From: Pseudomonas phage PhiPA3
Sequence record: HQ630627.1
Length of the DNA stretch: 64,000 nt
Direction: 5' to 3' (one strand)
The first letter of the stretch is position 1. Each line of letters begins with the position of its first letter. The notes below the pieces were generated by a model. That model had not been told where the DNA came from. It made no database searches and was given only the letters and a program-made list of their open reading frames with translations. Shown here in pieces: positions 54,758 through 63,663 of this stretch. A program made the translations under genes and the position numbers.

Positions 54758-57493
54758 ATGGCTGCTAATCCCAATCCGGGAATGATTTCCCAAATGCCCT
54801 CCCTCAACATCGTAACTGGTGAAGAGTTCCTGGAGGTCATCAAGCGTGAGACGGATGGTTCGTACAAGAACTATCGTCTCATGGTATCTAAGATCCGCAC
54901 AAATGAAGGCCTTTCCGCCTATGAAGTTGCCGTTAAGAACGGCTTCGTTGGTACAGAACAGGAATGGCTGGATTCCCTTCAGGGTAAGTCGATCTATCAA
55001 CTGGCTCTGGAACACGGCTTTGTCGGTTCTGAACAAGAGTACCTGGATTCGCTTAAAGGCGAAGCTGGTAAATCTGCTTATCAGACCGCAGTGGACGAAG
55101 GTTACACTGGTACGGAAGCTCAATGGCTCCAAACCCTCGTAGGTCAATCGGCTTACGACATTGCCGTCGAACAAGGGTTCGTTGGTGATAAAGACGCATG
55201 GCTGGCAAGCCTGAAAGGCGAGAAAGGTGACAAGGGCGATGATGCAGATCTCACTGCTGAGAAGCTGCAAGAACTCCTGAACCTGCATGGTTACACCATC
55301 GAACAATCTCTGCGTGTACTGGGTGATAACTCTGGTGTTATTGCTAACGCAGGCTTCTTCAACTTCCTGTTCCTGTTTGACAAGCGTTTGAATAACCGGG
55401 CTAACGACGATGTCGATAAAGTACCGCAGCGCATGGTCGAAATGGGTCGCATGGAAGCAGAAGGTTATTCCTATTGGAAAAACGAACCTGCTAGTACAGA
55501 TGACCCGTCAGGTCCTCTGCCGGCTGTACCAGATTCTGAACTGCGTCTGTTTGATGACGGTAAGTTCCAAATCGGTAGCCTTAACGATTACATTGAATTC
55601 GGCGATGGCTCTAAGGTAAGTATCGTTGTTGGCGGTTCTGCTGTTACTTACGATCTGGCTGAGGCAACTCAAGGTAAAGACGGTAAGTCTGCTTATGAAA
55701 TTGCAGTAGAACACGGCTATACGGGTACCGAGCAAGAATGGCTTACGTCTCTGCGTGGTCCGGCTGGCGCGTCCGCTTATGACGTTGCGGTAGAGCAGGG
55801 GTACACCGGTACCGAAACTGAGTGGGTAGCTAGCCTGCAAGGCACCGATGGTAAATCGGCATATGAGTCAGCAGTTGATGGCGGCTTCACGGGTACTGAA
55901 GAAGAATTCAATACTTCTCTTGCCCAACCAAAAGGAAAGAGTGGCGGTGTATTCATTACCGACATCACTCCCCAATCGGTAAGTGAAAACGTTGGTAACA
56001 AAGTCATGTCGGCCGATGGCTTCTCATTGGTCAGTGCGTCGTCGACTACTAAAGCCGTTACTGTGGCTGTGACTGCAATCACCGGACATACTAACTATCG
56101 TCCAGTGGTTAAGGTAAACGGCGTGACGGTTACCCTGACTGCTAAAGCAGATGCACCTCTGTGGACTGGTACAGCTAATATCACTTTGGCTGATCCTGCT
56201 GAAGGTGAAACCAATGTGGTTATCACCGCAGAACACGAAGATGGCGCTTCGGCTACCAGTACTGTAGCAATGGATACCCCGGCTGTAGTTCTGACTGGCG
56301 TATTCACCGGTAACTATCCGGGTACTCAGACTGAGCTTAAAGCTGGCGATACCATGTCGATTGCTATCACTACCGATCAACCGGTGGTGGCTTATGAGAT
56401 CGAGAACTCGGGTGCATTTGCTGCCAAGAGCGGCACTCTGACATCCGGTACTACGCACACCATCACGGGTGTAGCTATCGCTGATCGCGGTAATACCGCC
56501 GCTATGCATGGTTTCCGTGTACGTGTACGTAAGGCCTCTGGTTCTTGGTCGAACTGGTTCGATAGCTCTACCGTAGGTTCCACTGAGAAGACCCATGTCG
56601 TTAAGTTGAACAACCTGAAGCCAACCGTTACTATTGGTGCAGTAACGTATCCGGCTGGTCAAGGCGCGATTAAGGGTGGTGAATCGGCCCAAGTAGCTAA
56701 CACCCTGGCCAACTTCGACACAGTGTCTTATACCTCAGGTAATGGACAACTGACGGTAGCTAACCCGACTCAATCCGAAGCCAATAAGGTAGTTACTTAT
56801 CTGGCTGGCACATATAACGATTCCACTAACAACTTCACCATCACTGCCAATCGTGCAGCCAACGGTTCTAGCACTACAGCTAGTACTGTGGTGAAGATTG
56901 CTAACGTGGATGTTGCTGCTACTATTACTTACGCAGCACCGCGTCTGCGTTCTGGTGGTAATAATGGTACAGTTGCCCAGCAGCACACTATCACACTCAC
57001 CGCTACTCAAGCACTGACCGATCCGCCGAGCATGAACGTGCCGTCGGGTACCTGGGAAACAGCTGCGTGGCAACCGGACGCCGCTCGTAAAGTCTGGACC
57101 CGTAAACTCATTGTCCATGACAATGATTCCAAAGGTCAGTTTGATTACAACAACGTCGTCCTGAAAGGCCTGAGTGGTCGTGTAGTCTCTACTCTGGCAG
57201 GTGGCGGCACCTATGTAATCGGTGGCTTCGTATTCCGTACTCTGACTGTACCGGCCTATCCGAACCGTTCCACTGAAATTGGTACCGTCGTTGCCGACAC
57301 CAGCAAACTGCGTTGCTCTAACCTCTCGAAGGGAGCTAGTGGTAGTCTGAACTTTACTTATCAGGCAGCTACTACTGACGCGGTTGATCGTTACTCGATC
57401 ACTGGTGGTGACACTTGGTATAACTGCGACGCTGCTAACGCCGTATCTAACACATCCGGTCTGATGCAGATTGAACTTGAGGAAGTCGTATAA
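54758..57493 (+). CDS. tail fibre protein (911 aa; track ORF from TTG 54725 = 922 aa) with at least 7 SAY..AV..GF.GTE.EWL.SL.G repeats
   Basis: Repeats typical of phage tail fibres plus a short GEKGDKGDD tract. I preferred ATG 54758, which has an AAAGGAAG ribosome-binding site. Confidence 0.55.
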   Translation: MAANPNPGMISQMPSLNIVTGEEFLEVIKRETDGSYKNYRLMVSKIRTNEGLSAYEVAVKNGFVGTEQEWLDSLQGKSIYQLALEHGFVGSEQEYLDSLKGEAGKSAYQTAVDEGYTGTEAQWLQTLVGQSAYDIAVEQGFVGDKDAWLASLKGEKGDKGDDADLTAEKLQELLNLHGYTIEQSLRVLGDNSGVIANAGFFNFLFLFDKRLNNRANDDVDKVPQRMVEMGRMEAEGYSYWKNEPASTDDPSGPLPAVPDSELRLFDDGKFQIGSLNDYIEFGDGSKVSIVVGGSAVTYDLAEATQGKDGKSAYEIAVEHGYTGTEQEWLTSLRGPAGASAYDVAVEQGYTGTETEWVASLQGTDGKSAYESAVDGGFTGTEEEFNTSLAQPKGKSGGVFITDITPQSVSENVGNKVMSADGFSLVSASSTTKAVTVAVTAITGHTNYRPVVKVNGVTVTLTAKADAPLWTGTANITLADPAEGETNVVITAEHEDGASATSTVAMDTPAVVLTGVFTGNYPGTQTELKAGDTMSIAITTDQPVVAYEIENSGAFAAKSGTLTSGTTHTITGVAIADRGNTAAMHGFRVRVRKASGSWSNWFDSSTVGSTEKTHVVKLNNLKPTVTIGAVTYPAGQGAIKGGESAQVANTLANFDTVSYTSGNGQLTVANPTQSEANKVVTYLAGTYNDSTNNFTITANRAANGSSTTASTVVKIANVDVAATITYAAPRLRSGGNNGTVAQQHTITLTATQALTDPPSMNVPSGTWETAAWQPDAARKVWTRKLIVHDNDSKGQFDYNNVVLKGLSGRVVSTLAGGGTYVIGGFVFRTLTVPAYPNRSTEIGTVVADTSKLRCSNLSKGASGSLNFTYQAATTDAVDRYSITGGDTWYNCDAANAVSNTSGLMQIELEEVV

Positions 57494-60400
57494 TGGCATC
57501 TCCATTTGAGAACTTCGTTAACGGCGAATTGCCGAAGCGTATCGGTACCGAAGACGATCCTCTCAGTGTGCAACAAGGTCATGTCCCGGTAGCTACCGGG
57601 ACTGGCCTTAGCATTGAGTTTAAGGACCCCCAGGAGATTCCTGGTCTGAAAGGTGACGATGGTGCACCGGGTAAATCCGCTTATGAAATCGCCGTTGAAA
57701 GTGGTTTCCAGGGTACTGAACCCGAGTGGGTTGAATCCCTTAAAGGCGATAAAGGGGAAGACGGCACCCAGGGTCAACCTGGTCCGCCTCTGAAGATTAT
57801 CGCAGCTGTAACGCAAGATGACTTTGAAGCGAACATCGAACCGGAAGACACCTGGGATATTGGTGATTCGTGGTGGGTAATGTCGCAAACTGCAACGGTT
57901 CTGAAGATTTGGGGTTACCCGGATCCAGAAGTTCCTGGTCAGAAAGGCCAATGGATTACCACTGACGACATGCGTGGTCCAGCGGGTACTGGCCTGGTTA
58001 TTCGTGGTGAATGGCCTGACAACACCGAATTACCGACCCCTGCTCTGAAAGGTGATACCTACGGTTGGAAACACGCTCTGTGGACTTACATGCTCCGTGC
58101 GGGTATGGAAGATCTCCCAGAGAACTATGCCTATATCCAAGTCGTTCCTGAAGGCCCGGTAGGTCCCAAAGGTGATCAGGGTATTCAAGGCCTGAAAGGT
58201 GATAAGGGCGATAAAGGGGATACGGGTGCAGCAGCACGTCCGTTCTCAGTGGTTGATCAGCTCGCCGACCCATCAGAACTCCCCGATGTTGGTGTATCTA
58301 AACCTGAAGAAGCTTACTCTGTAACCGTAGATGGCGTTGCCCACCTGTACATCTTCTCCGTTACCAATAACCAGTGGATGGACTTGGGTGTTTGGCAGGG
58401 TCCACGCGGTGAAGCCGGCCTGAAAGGCGATAAGGGTGACAAAGGCGATAAAGGTGATTCCGGTGTAGCCGGTACCGATGGTCGTAACGTTACTATCGTT
58501 CAGGTCTTTGCAACCTATGATCTTCTGATTAGTAACCTGATTGGATTGGAACAGGACAAAGCGTACGCTGTTCAAGAAACCAACACAGTTTACTACGCTC
58601 CGGTTACCAGCCCGACAGAAGAACAACTCCTGAACCTGGGTTCCTTCCGTGGACCTCAAGGGGTGAAGGGCGATAAGGGTGACAAAGGCGATAAGGGAGA
58701 CAAAGGTGAGAAAGGTGATACCGGCGACGGTGGTAAGAACCTGACTATCCTGGGTACTCAAGCTGACCTCACCGCGATCGAAGCTCTGCCGACTCCAGTA
58801 GAACAAGATGCGTGGGTTGCTCTTGACAATCTTCATCTTTACATGTACATTGATGGTGCATGGGTTGACCTTGGTACGCACCAAGGGGCTAAAGGTGATA
58901 AGGGCGACAAGGGGGATAAGGGTGATCAAGGTATTCAGGGCCTGAAAGGCGATAAGGGTGACAAAGGTGACACCGGCGAACAAGGTAGATCCTTGGACAT
59001 TATCGCCATCGTTGATGCTGTAGATCAACTTCCTGCGCCAGCTCCTTCTAACCAATACAAAACCGCCATCGTTCGTGGCGGCAACATGTACTACAACCAA
59101 GACGGTTCCGCTTGGGTAGACATGGGTCCTGCTGGTGTTAAAGGTGACAAAGGCGATAACGGTGTTGGCGTTCGTATTCAGGGTGAAGTGGATACAGCTG
59201 CCGATCTGCCGGTACTGACTGATCCTGCTAACGATGAACTGGTGGATGGTGACGCTTTCATCGCTACCTACCAGAAAGATGGCGCTGACGCCAAAGGCCT
59301 CTACATCGTCAACCGCTCCACCAATACCTACGATGGTCCGTTCGACATCCAAGGTCCCGAAGGTCAACAAGGTCCTAAGGGTGACACCGGTCCTCGTGGT
59401 GACGTAGGTCAAGGGATCAAGATTGTTGGTGATTACCCTGACTACGCTGCACTGACCGCCGCACACCCGACGTCAAATATTGGCGACGCCTACTCAGTGG
59501 GTGCCGTTGGTTCCAAATCGCTGTACGTGTGGGCAGTTGATGGCGCTGACGCTACTGAAAAATACCTGAACCTGGGTTCTTTCACCGTAGGTGTGAAGGG
59601 TGACAAAGGCGATAAGGGTGACACCGGCGATACGGGTCCTCGTGGTCCAACCGGTCAGAAAGGCCCTGCTGGTTCCCGGTGGGTTATTCTTCCGGCTAAC
59701 ATGACTACTCCTAACAACACAGTCGGTGTTGAGAACGACTGGTGTCTGGATAAGTCAGGTCAGGTATGGTACCGCGATAGTTCTGGCTGGAAAGAGTTCA
59801 TCCAACTTATGGATGTACCGGTTCCGGAAGTAGATACTGCTGGTCAGAATACCCACATGGTCCGTTACCAAATGGGCTGGGTACCTCTGCCGGGTGGTGT
59901 TGTAGCTAACCCTGTGGATGGCGTACAGTATGTTCAAGAAGGCCAACCTGACGGCTCTACTCAATGGGTAGAACTGCAACTGCCGGGTGAACCGATCAAC
60001 GACATTCCAGGTGATGATCCTGATGCTGCCAAAGCCCATATCCGTGTACGCGGTGAATGGAAACTGGGTGCACCGACTGTCGTAGGTCTGGATTCGACCA
60101 AAACCTACCTGATGAAAACTACAGGTTGGGTACTGGCGGATGTCTACACCGAAGCGCCTAAAGCAGCTGGTGTGTACTATGGCCGTGTGAACGGTGCTTG
60201 GGGTGAGGTTCCTGGTGAGGCACCTACTGACTCTAAGCTGTATGGTCGTCAAGGCAAAGCTTGGGTAGAAGTACCTGCTGCCATCATCTCTTCCGATGCC
60301 CCCGATGCTAAGACCTATGCCCGTAAACAAGGCTCTTGGGTTGAGATCAAAGTCATCGCAGAACCGACCAACGATGGTAAGACCTATGGTCGTACTACGA

Positions 60401-60774
60401 CCGCAGGTAACGTATCGAGCTGGGTGGAAATCACCAAGACCTTTGATACTTACAACCTGAAGTCTTCCACCGTGACAGCTAACGTTACGGTTGACTACGC
60501 TACGCAGCAATGCTACGTGGTTGACGCAAGCGCATCGCGTCAGGTAACACTGAACGCAGGTCCGACTGGCAGGATGGTTACTTCGGTAATCGTTCTCAAA
60601 GGTAACGCTGCGACCAACAAACCGACATTCGTCGCTGGTACTGGTGCACCCACCATTGCCTTCAACGACGGCGTGACTGCTGCTGACATCAAATACGGTG
60701 CCAATAAGACAGTCATGGCGGCTCTGTGGGATGGTGAAACTACGTGGATCATCGCACGCGGTGCTGCGTATTAA
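57493..60774 (+). CDS. collagen-like tail fibre protein (1093 aa)
   Basis: Many G-x-y tracts (KGDKGDKGDKGDKGEKGDTGDGG and similar, at least 8 blocks), an N-terminal anchor motif FVNGELPKRIGTEDDPL, and a C-terminal domain homologous to the C-terminus of 62420..63619. Confidence 0.6.
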   Translation: MASPFENFVNGELPKRIGTEDDPLSVQQGHVPVATGTGLSIEFKDPQEIPGLKGDDGAPGKSAYEIAVESGFQGTEPEWVESLKGDKGEDGTQGQPGPPLKIIAAVTQDDFEANIEPEDTWDIGDSWWVMSQTATVLKIWGYPDPEVPGQKGQWITTDDMRGPAGTGLVIRGEWPDNTELPTPALKGDTYGWKHALWTYMLRAGMEDLPENYAYIQVVPEGPVGPKGDQGIQGLKGDKGDKGDTGAAARPFSVVDQLADPSELPDVGVSKPEEAYSVTVDGVAHLYIFSVTNNQWMDLGVWQGPRGEAGLKGDKGDKGDKGDSGVAGTDGRNVTIVQVFATYDLLISNLIGLEQDKAYAVQETNTVYYAPVTSPTEEQLLNLGSFRGPQGVKGDKGDKGDKGDKGEKGDTGDGGKNLTILGTQADLTAIEALPTPVEQDAWVALDNLHLYMYIDGAWVDLGTHQGAKGDKGDKGDKGDQGIQGLKGDKGDKGDTGEQGRSLDIIAIVDAVDQLPAPAPSNQYKTAIVRGGNMYYNQDGSAWVDMGPAGVKGDKGDNGVGVRIQGEVDTAADLPVLTDPANDELVDGDAFIATYQKDGADAKGLYIVNRSTNTYDGPFDIQGPEGQQGPKGDTGPRGDVGQGIKIVGDYPDYAALTAAHPTSNIGDAYSVGAVGSKSLYVWAVDGADATEKYLNLGSFTVGVKGDKGDKGDTGDTGPRGPTGQKGPAGSRWVILPANMTTPNNTVGVENDWCLDKSGQVWYRDSSGWKEFIQLMDVPVPEVDTAGQNTHMVRYQMGWVPLPGGVVANPVDGVQYVQEGQPDGSTQWVELQLPGEPINDIPGDDPDAAKAHIRVRGEWKLGAPTVVGLDSTKTYLMKTTGWVLADVYTEAPKAAGVYYGRVNGAWGEVPGEAPTDSKLYGRQGKAWVEVPAAIISSDAPDAKTYARKQGSWVEIKVIAEPTNDGKTYGRTTTAGNVSSWVEITKTFDTYNLKSSTVTANVTVDYATQQCYVVDASASRQVTLNAGPTGRMVTSVIVLKGNAATNKPTFVAGTGAPTIAFNDGVTAADIKYGANKTVMAALWDGETTWIIARGAAY

Positions 60775-60783
60775 CCCTTAAAA

Positions 60784-60812
60784 ATGGCCTCCGTTTGGAG
60801 GCCATTTTATTT
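60784..60812 (+). terminator. hairpin aatggcctcc-gttt-ggaggccatt + TTTATTTCG
   Basis: GC stem followed by a U-run. Confidence 0.6.
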
Positions 60813-60869
60813 CGTCTTATTTATCAGAGAAATAATATATTGGGGCCCAGTTAAAATTCAGGAAGCGAT

Positions 60870-61274
60870 ATGGACGGCATCGATAGCTTCACTAGCTTCG
60901 TCAATTCGGAATTACCTAAACGTATTGGTACTGAAGTTGATCCCTTAAAAGTCGGGCAGGATAAAATCGCTGTAAGCACCGGCGTAGGTCTTAGCGTTAA
61001 ATTCGTAGATCCGTTGGAAATCCTACCTAATCAGGGTCTGATAACTGCGGAAAAACTCCCATTACAAGAAGACGGTACGGCGATACTCCCGCAACCGCCT
61101 AAAGGCGGTATTCTTTTGAATCTCGCTATTATTCACTTGAACGATGGTTCAGTGATTGAAGTGACTGGTGTGCACGTCAGGGATGATGTAATTCTGGTTA
61201 TCCCCACGGAAGATTTTGCAACGCTCCAGGATACTGCCGTTTCAGTGACAGTATCCTTCATTGGGGACCTGTGA
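60870..61274 (+). CDS. fibre N-terminal-anchor-domain protein (134 aa)
   Basis: Its N-terminus FVNSELPKRIGTEVDPLKVGQ..VSTGVGLSVKF is homologous to the first ~50 aa of 57493..60774. Confidence 0.45.
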   Translation: MDGIDSFTSFVNSELPKRIGTEVDPLKVGQDKIAVSTGVGLSVKFVDPLEILPNQGLITAEKLPLQEDGTAILPQPPKGGILLNLAIIHLNDGSVIEVTGVHVRDDVILVIPTEDFATLQDTAVSVTVSFIGDL

Positions 61275-61335
61275 TAGGTCTGGATTTGATGTACTTTAAA
61301 ACGATCGTTGTAAACCCTTGAATAGGTGTTAGAAC

Positions 61336-62373
61336 ATGGCTATTCTTAAACGCGCACAATCTTCCATCCAAGGCCTACCGGCCGCACTGACTAGTCTGCA
61401 AGACAATATCGACGCTGAAGCTCAGGCTCGTGCAGACGCTGATGGTATACTGTCCACTCTGGTTACCACCAACAAACAAAACTTGGTATTAGCCATTAAC
61501 GAAGTTTTCTCGACTGCTGCTGAAGGTCGTGACAACGCTACTATCGCCAGACAGGAAGTTTCTGATCTGGACGCAGTTACTCTGAAGGCAGCTAGTAATT
61601 TGTCCGATCTGGCTGACATTGCAGTAGCTCGTGGCAACCTCCAGACCCTGTCTGAAACTGAAATCGAAGCCCTGATCGATGCTGCTAAACTGGCAGGTGG
61701 TGTTAGCTACGATGTAGCCACTATTGCTGCACGTGATGCACTCACTGGACTCACCACTGCTGATCGCGTGTGGGTAGCTGACGACGGCGATACCAAGTGG
61801 GCTATCTATAAACCCACTGCGGTTGATGGGACGGGTAAAGGTACAGCTTGGCTGAAGCTGTACGACGAAGACGCCCTGACCAATTCGCTGACCGCCGCTG
61901 GTATCAAAGCTGCTTACGAGAGCAATGATGATACCAATGCCTTCACCGATGCTGAGAAAGCCAAACTGGCCTACATCACTGTCGCCGCTGCGGTTGATCT
62001 GGCTGCGCTGGCTAAATCCAGCGATGTGGTCGCTAAAGCCAGTCTGGTACAAGACCTTGAAGGTGGTACTGCTACTGATGCCGCTCCGTCTGTTAAAGCG
62101 GTGGTTGATTATGTAGCTGCTCATGCAGGCTCTGGTGGTGTACAAGCTGCATTGGAAAACGTTGTAGTCACCGATGGTCAGATCACTCTGGCAAATGCTC
62201 CGGCAGGTGGCCTGGCTGGCGTACTTAACTTCGCTACCGTTCGGTATATCACTGGTGGTGTTGCTTATGATGCTCCGGTTGTTGCTACTGCCGACCCGAA
62301 AGTGTTCGATGTATCCACTGATACTGCCAACCAGTGGGATGGTAACACTGTACAAGTTCAGTATGTGTACTAA
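61336..62373 (+). CDS. tail-fibre-like protein (345 aa), Ala/Thr/Asp-rich
   Basis: ORF with fibre-like composition. Confidence 0.45.
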   Translation: MAILKRAQSSIQGLPAALTSLQDNIDAEAQARADADGILSTLVTTNKQNLVLAINEVFSTAAEGRDNATIARQEVSDLDAVTLKAASNLSDLADIAVARGNLQTLSETEIEALIDAAKLAGGVSYDVATIAARDALTGLTTADRVWVADDGDTKWAIYKPTAVDGTGKGTAWLKLYDEDALTNSLTAAGIKAAYESNDDTNAFTDAEKAKLAYITVAAAVDLAALAKSSDVVAKASLVQDLEGGTATDAAPSVKAVVDYVAAHAGSGGVQAALENVVVTDGQITLANAPAGGLAGVLNFATVRYITGGVAYDAPVVATADPKVFDVSTDTANQWDGNTVQVQYVY

Positions 62374-62385
62374 TCTGTAACAGGA

Positions 62386-62416
62386 TAGAGCGTGGGCCTA
62401 GTGCCCACGCTCTATT
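62386..62416 (+). terminator. hairpin atagagcgtgggc-ctagt-gcccacgctctat
   Basis: Perfect 13-bp stem followed by TTTAAG. Confidence 0.55.
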
Positions 62417-62419
62417 TAA

Positions 62420-63619
62420 GTGGTGAAAATTATGGGTATTCTTGTTGCTAATGACGGTGATGTGGTAGTAGCCTCTATTGCGGCTCGTGATGAGATCGCG
62501 ATTAAGCGCCCACAAATGCTCGTCCTGGTAGAAGATGCAACTGCTGACCCTGTCTTCGGTGGTGGGTCCGTCCAGTATATTTGGGATCATGTTGCGTTGG
62601 GCTGGTCTCCAATCTGGTCTTCTCGTAAACCTAACCTTACGTTTGTAACCGAAGAGAAAGTTATTACGGGTGGTCAAGTTACTGCTGACCATGTCGTTAA
62701 AGATAATGTCGTGTTGTCGGCTATCATTCTGGATACCGACAATACAATCCTAAGTGATGCTGTTCCAACTGTAAGTGGTACTGCGATCAATTTAGGGACT
62801 AACACGTACGACGGTAAGAGACTACATTACACGTATGCGTATGGTAGCCTCACTCAACTCATCGAAAATATTTGGGAAACCAAAGCTGACCTGACTTACG
62901 TCAATACGAACTTTGCTAGTCAGCAATATGTTCAGGATGCAATAGGTGCAGGGAATTTCCTAACCGCAGCCGACTTGGATGGTTATGCCACTGAAACCTG
63001 GGTAACCAATCAGGAATATCAGACCAGTACTGACGTTGATAGTAAAATCACCGCTGCGCTCTCTGGGTATGCGACAGTAGCGTTTGTTAATGGTAAAGGT
63101 TATCAAACGGCTTCTGATGTTACAACATACGTAACGAGTCTTGGTTATCAAACGAGTAATCAAGTTGATTCTAAGATCTCCGCAGCCCTTAACGGTTATG
63201 CAACACAGAGCTATGTAACTTCACGTGGTTACATTACCGATGCCGCTAATGACGGTAAGAAATACATCCGCACTAACCAAGGTTGGGCGGAATTGACGGT
63301 TAGTTTCGATACATATTCTCTGTTGTCGAGTACTTCTGCTTCTGGGGATTATGTAGTTAACGCTACCAACCAACAGTCGGTTGCTTTAACAGCGACGGTT
63401 ACACGTAATGTAAGCTTTACCAATGGACCGGCTAACCGTACGATCACAACAGCATTAATCATGGTGGGTGCTAAGGCACCCAATGTCACCGGTTCCAATG
63501 TTAAATGGCAGGCCAATACTGCACTGACCGATGCAGATATGGGCGCAACCAAAACAGTTATCGTGGCGTTCTGGGATGGCATCGACACTTGGATCCTGAC
63601 CAAAGGTCCTTATTACTAA
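62420..63619 (+). CDS. tail fibre protein (399 aa) with Y.T..DVD.KI.AAL.GYAT repeats and a C-terminal tip domain paralogous to that of 57493..60774
   Basis: The C-terminus TVSFDTYSLLSSTSA....WDGIDTWILTKGPYY matches KTFDTYNLKSSTVTA....WDGETTWIIARGAAY of the collagen-like fibre. The start is 62420 or ATG 62432. Confidence 0.5.
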   Translation: MVKIMGILVANDGDVVVASIAARDEIAIKRPQMLVLVEDATADPVFGGGSVQYIWDHVALGWSPIWSSRKPNLTFVTEEKVITGGQVTADHVVKDNVVLSAIILDTDNTILSDAVPTVSGTAINLGTNTYDGKRLHYTYAYGSLTQLIENIWETKADLTYVNTNFASQQYVQDAIGAGNFLTAADLDGYATETWVTNQEYQTSTDVDSKITAALSGYATVAFVNGKGYQTASDVTTYVTSLGYQTSNQVDSKISAALNGYATQSYVTSRGYITDAANDGKKYIRTNQGWAELTVSFDTYSLLSSTSASGDYVVNATNQQSVALTATVTRNVSFTNGPANRTITTALIMVGAKAPNVTGSNVKWQANTALTDADMGATKTVIVAFWDGIDTWILTKGPYY

Positions 63620-63630
63620 AAGACGGCATA

Positions 63631-63655
63631 TCGCCCCACCCGAAAAGGTGGGGCT
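63631..63655. terminator. bidirectional hairpin cgccccacc-cgaaaa-ggtggggc + TTTATGTTG
   Basis: It lies between convergent gene ends 63619 (+) and 63664 (-). Confidence 0.6.
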
Positions 63656-63663
63656 TTATGTTG

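Noticed and set aside
58420-58960. Short tandem DNA repeats (ggtgataagggcgacaaaggc...) looked superficially like a repeat array
   Set aside because: They are 9-nt coding repeats for the GDKGDK collagen-like tracts. They lie inside a long ORF and there are no unique spacers of CRISPR size.
58273-59466. 397-aa minus-strand ORF antisense to the collagen-like fibre, plus 59755..60510, 54551..55306 and 61489..62355
   Set aside because: They are antisense to repeat-rich fibre genes and have no translation signals.
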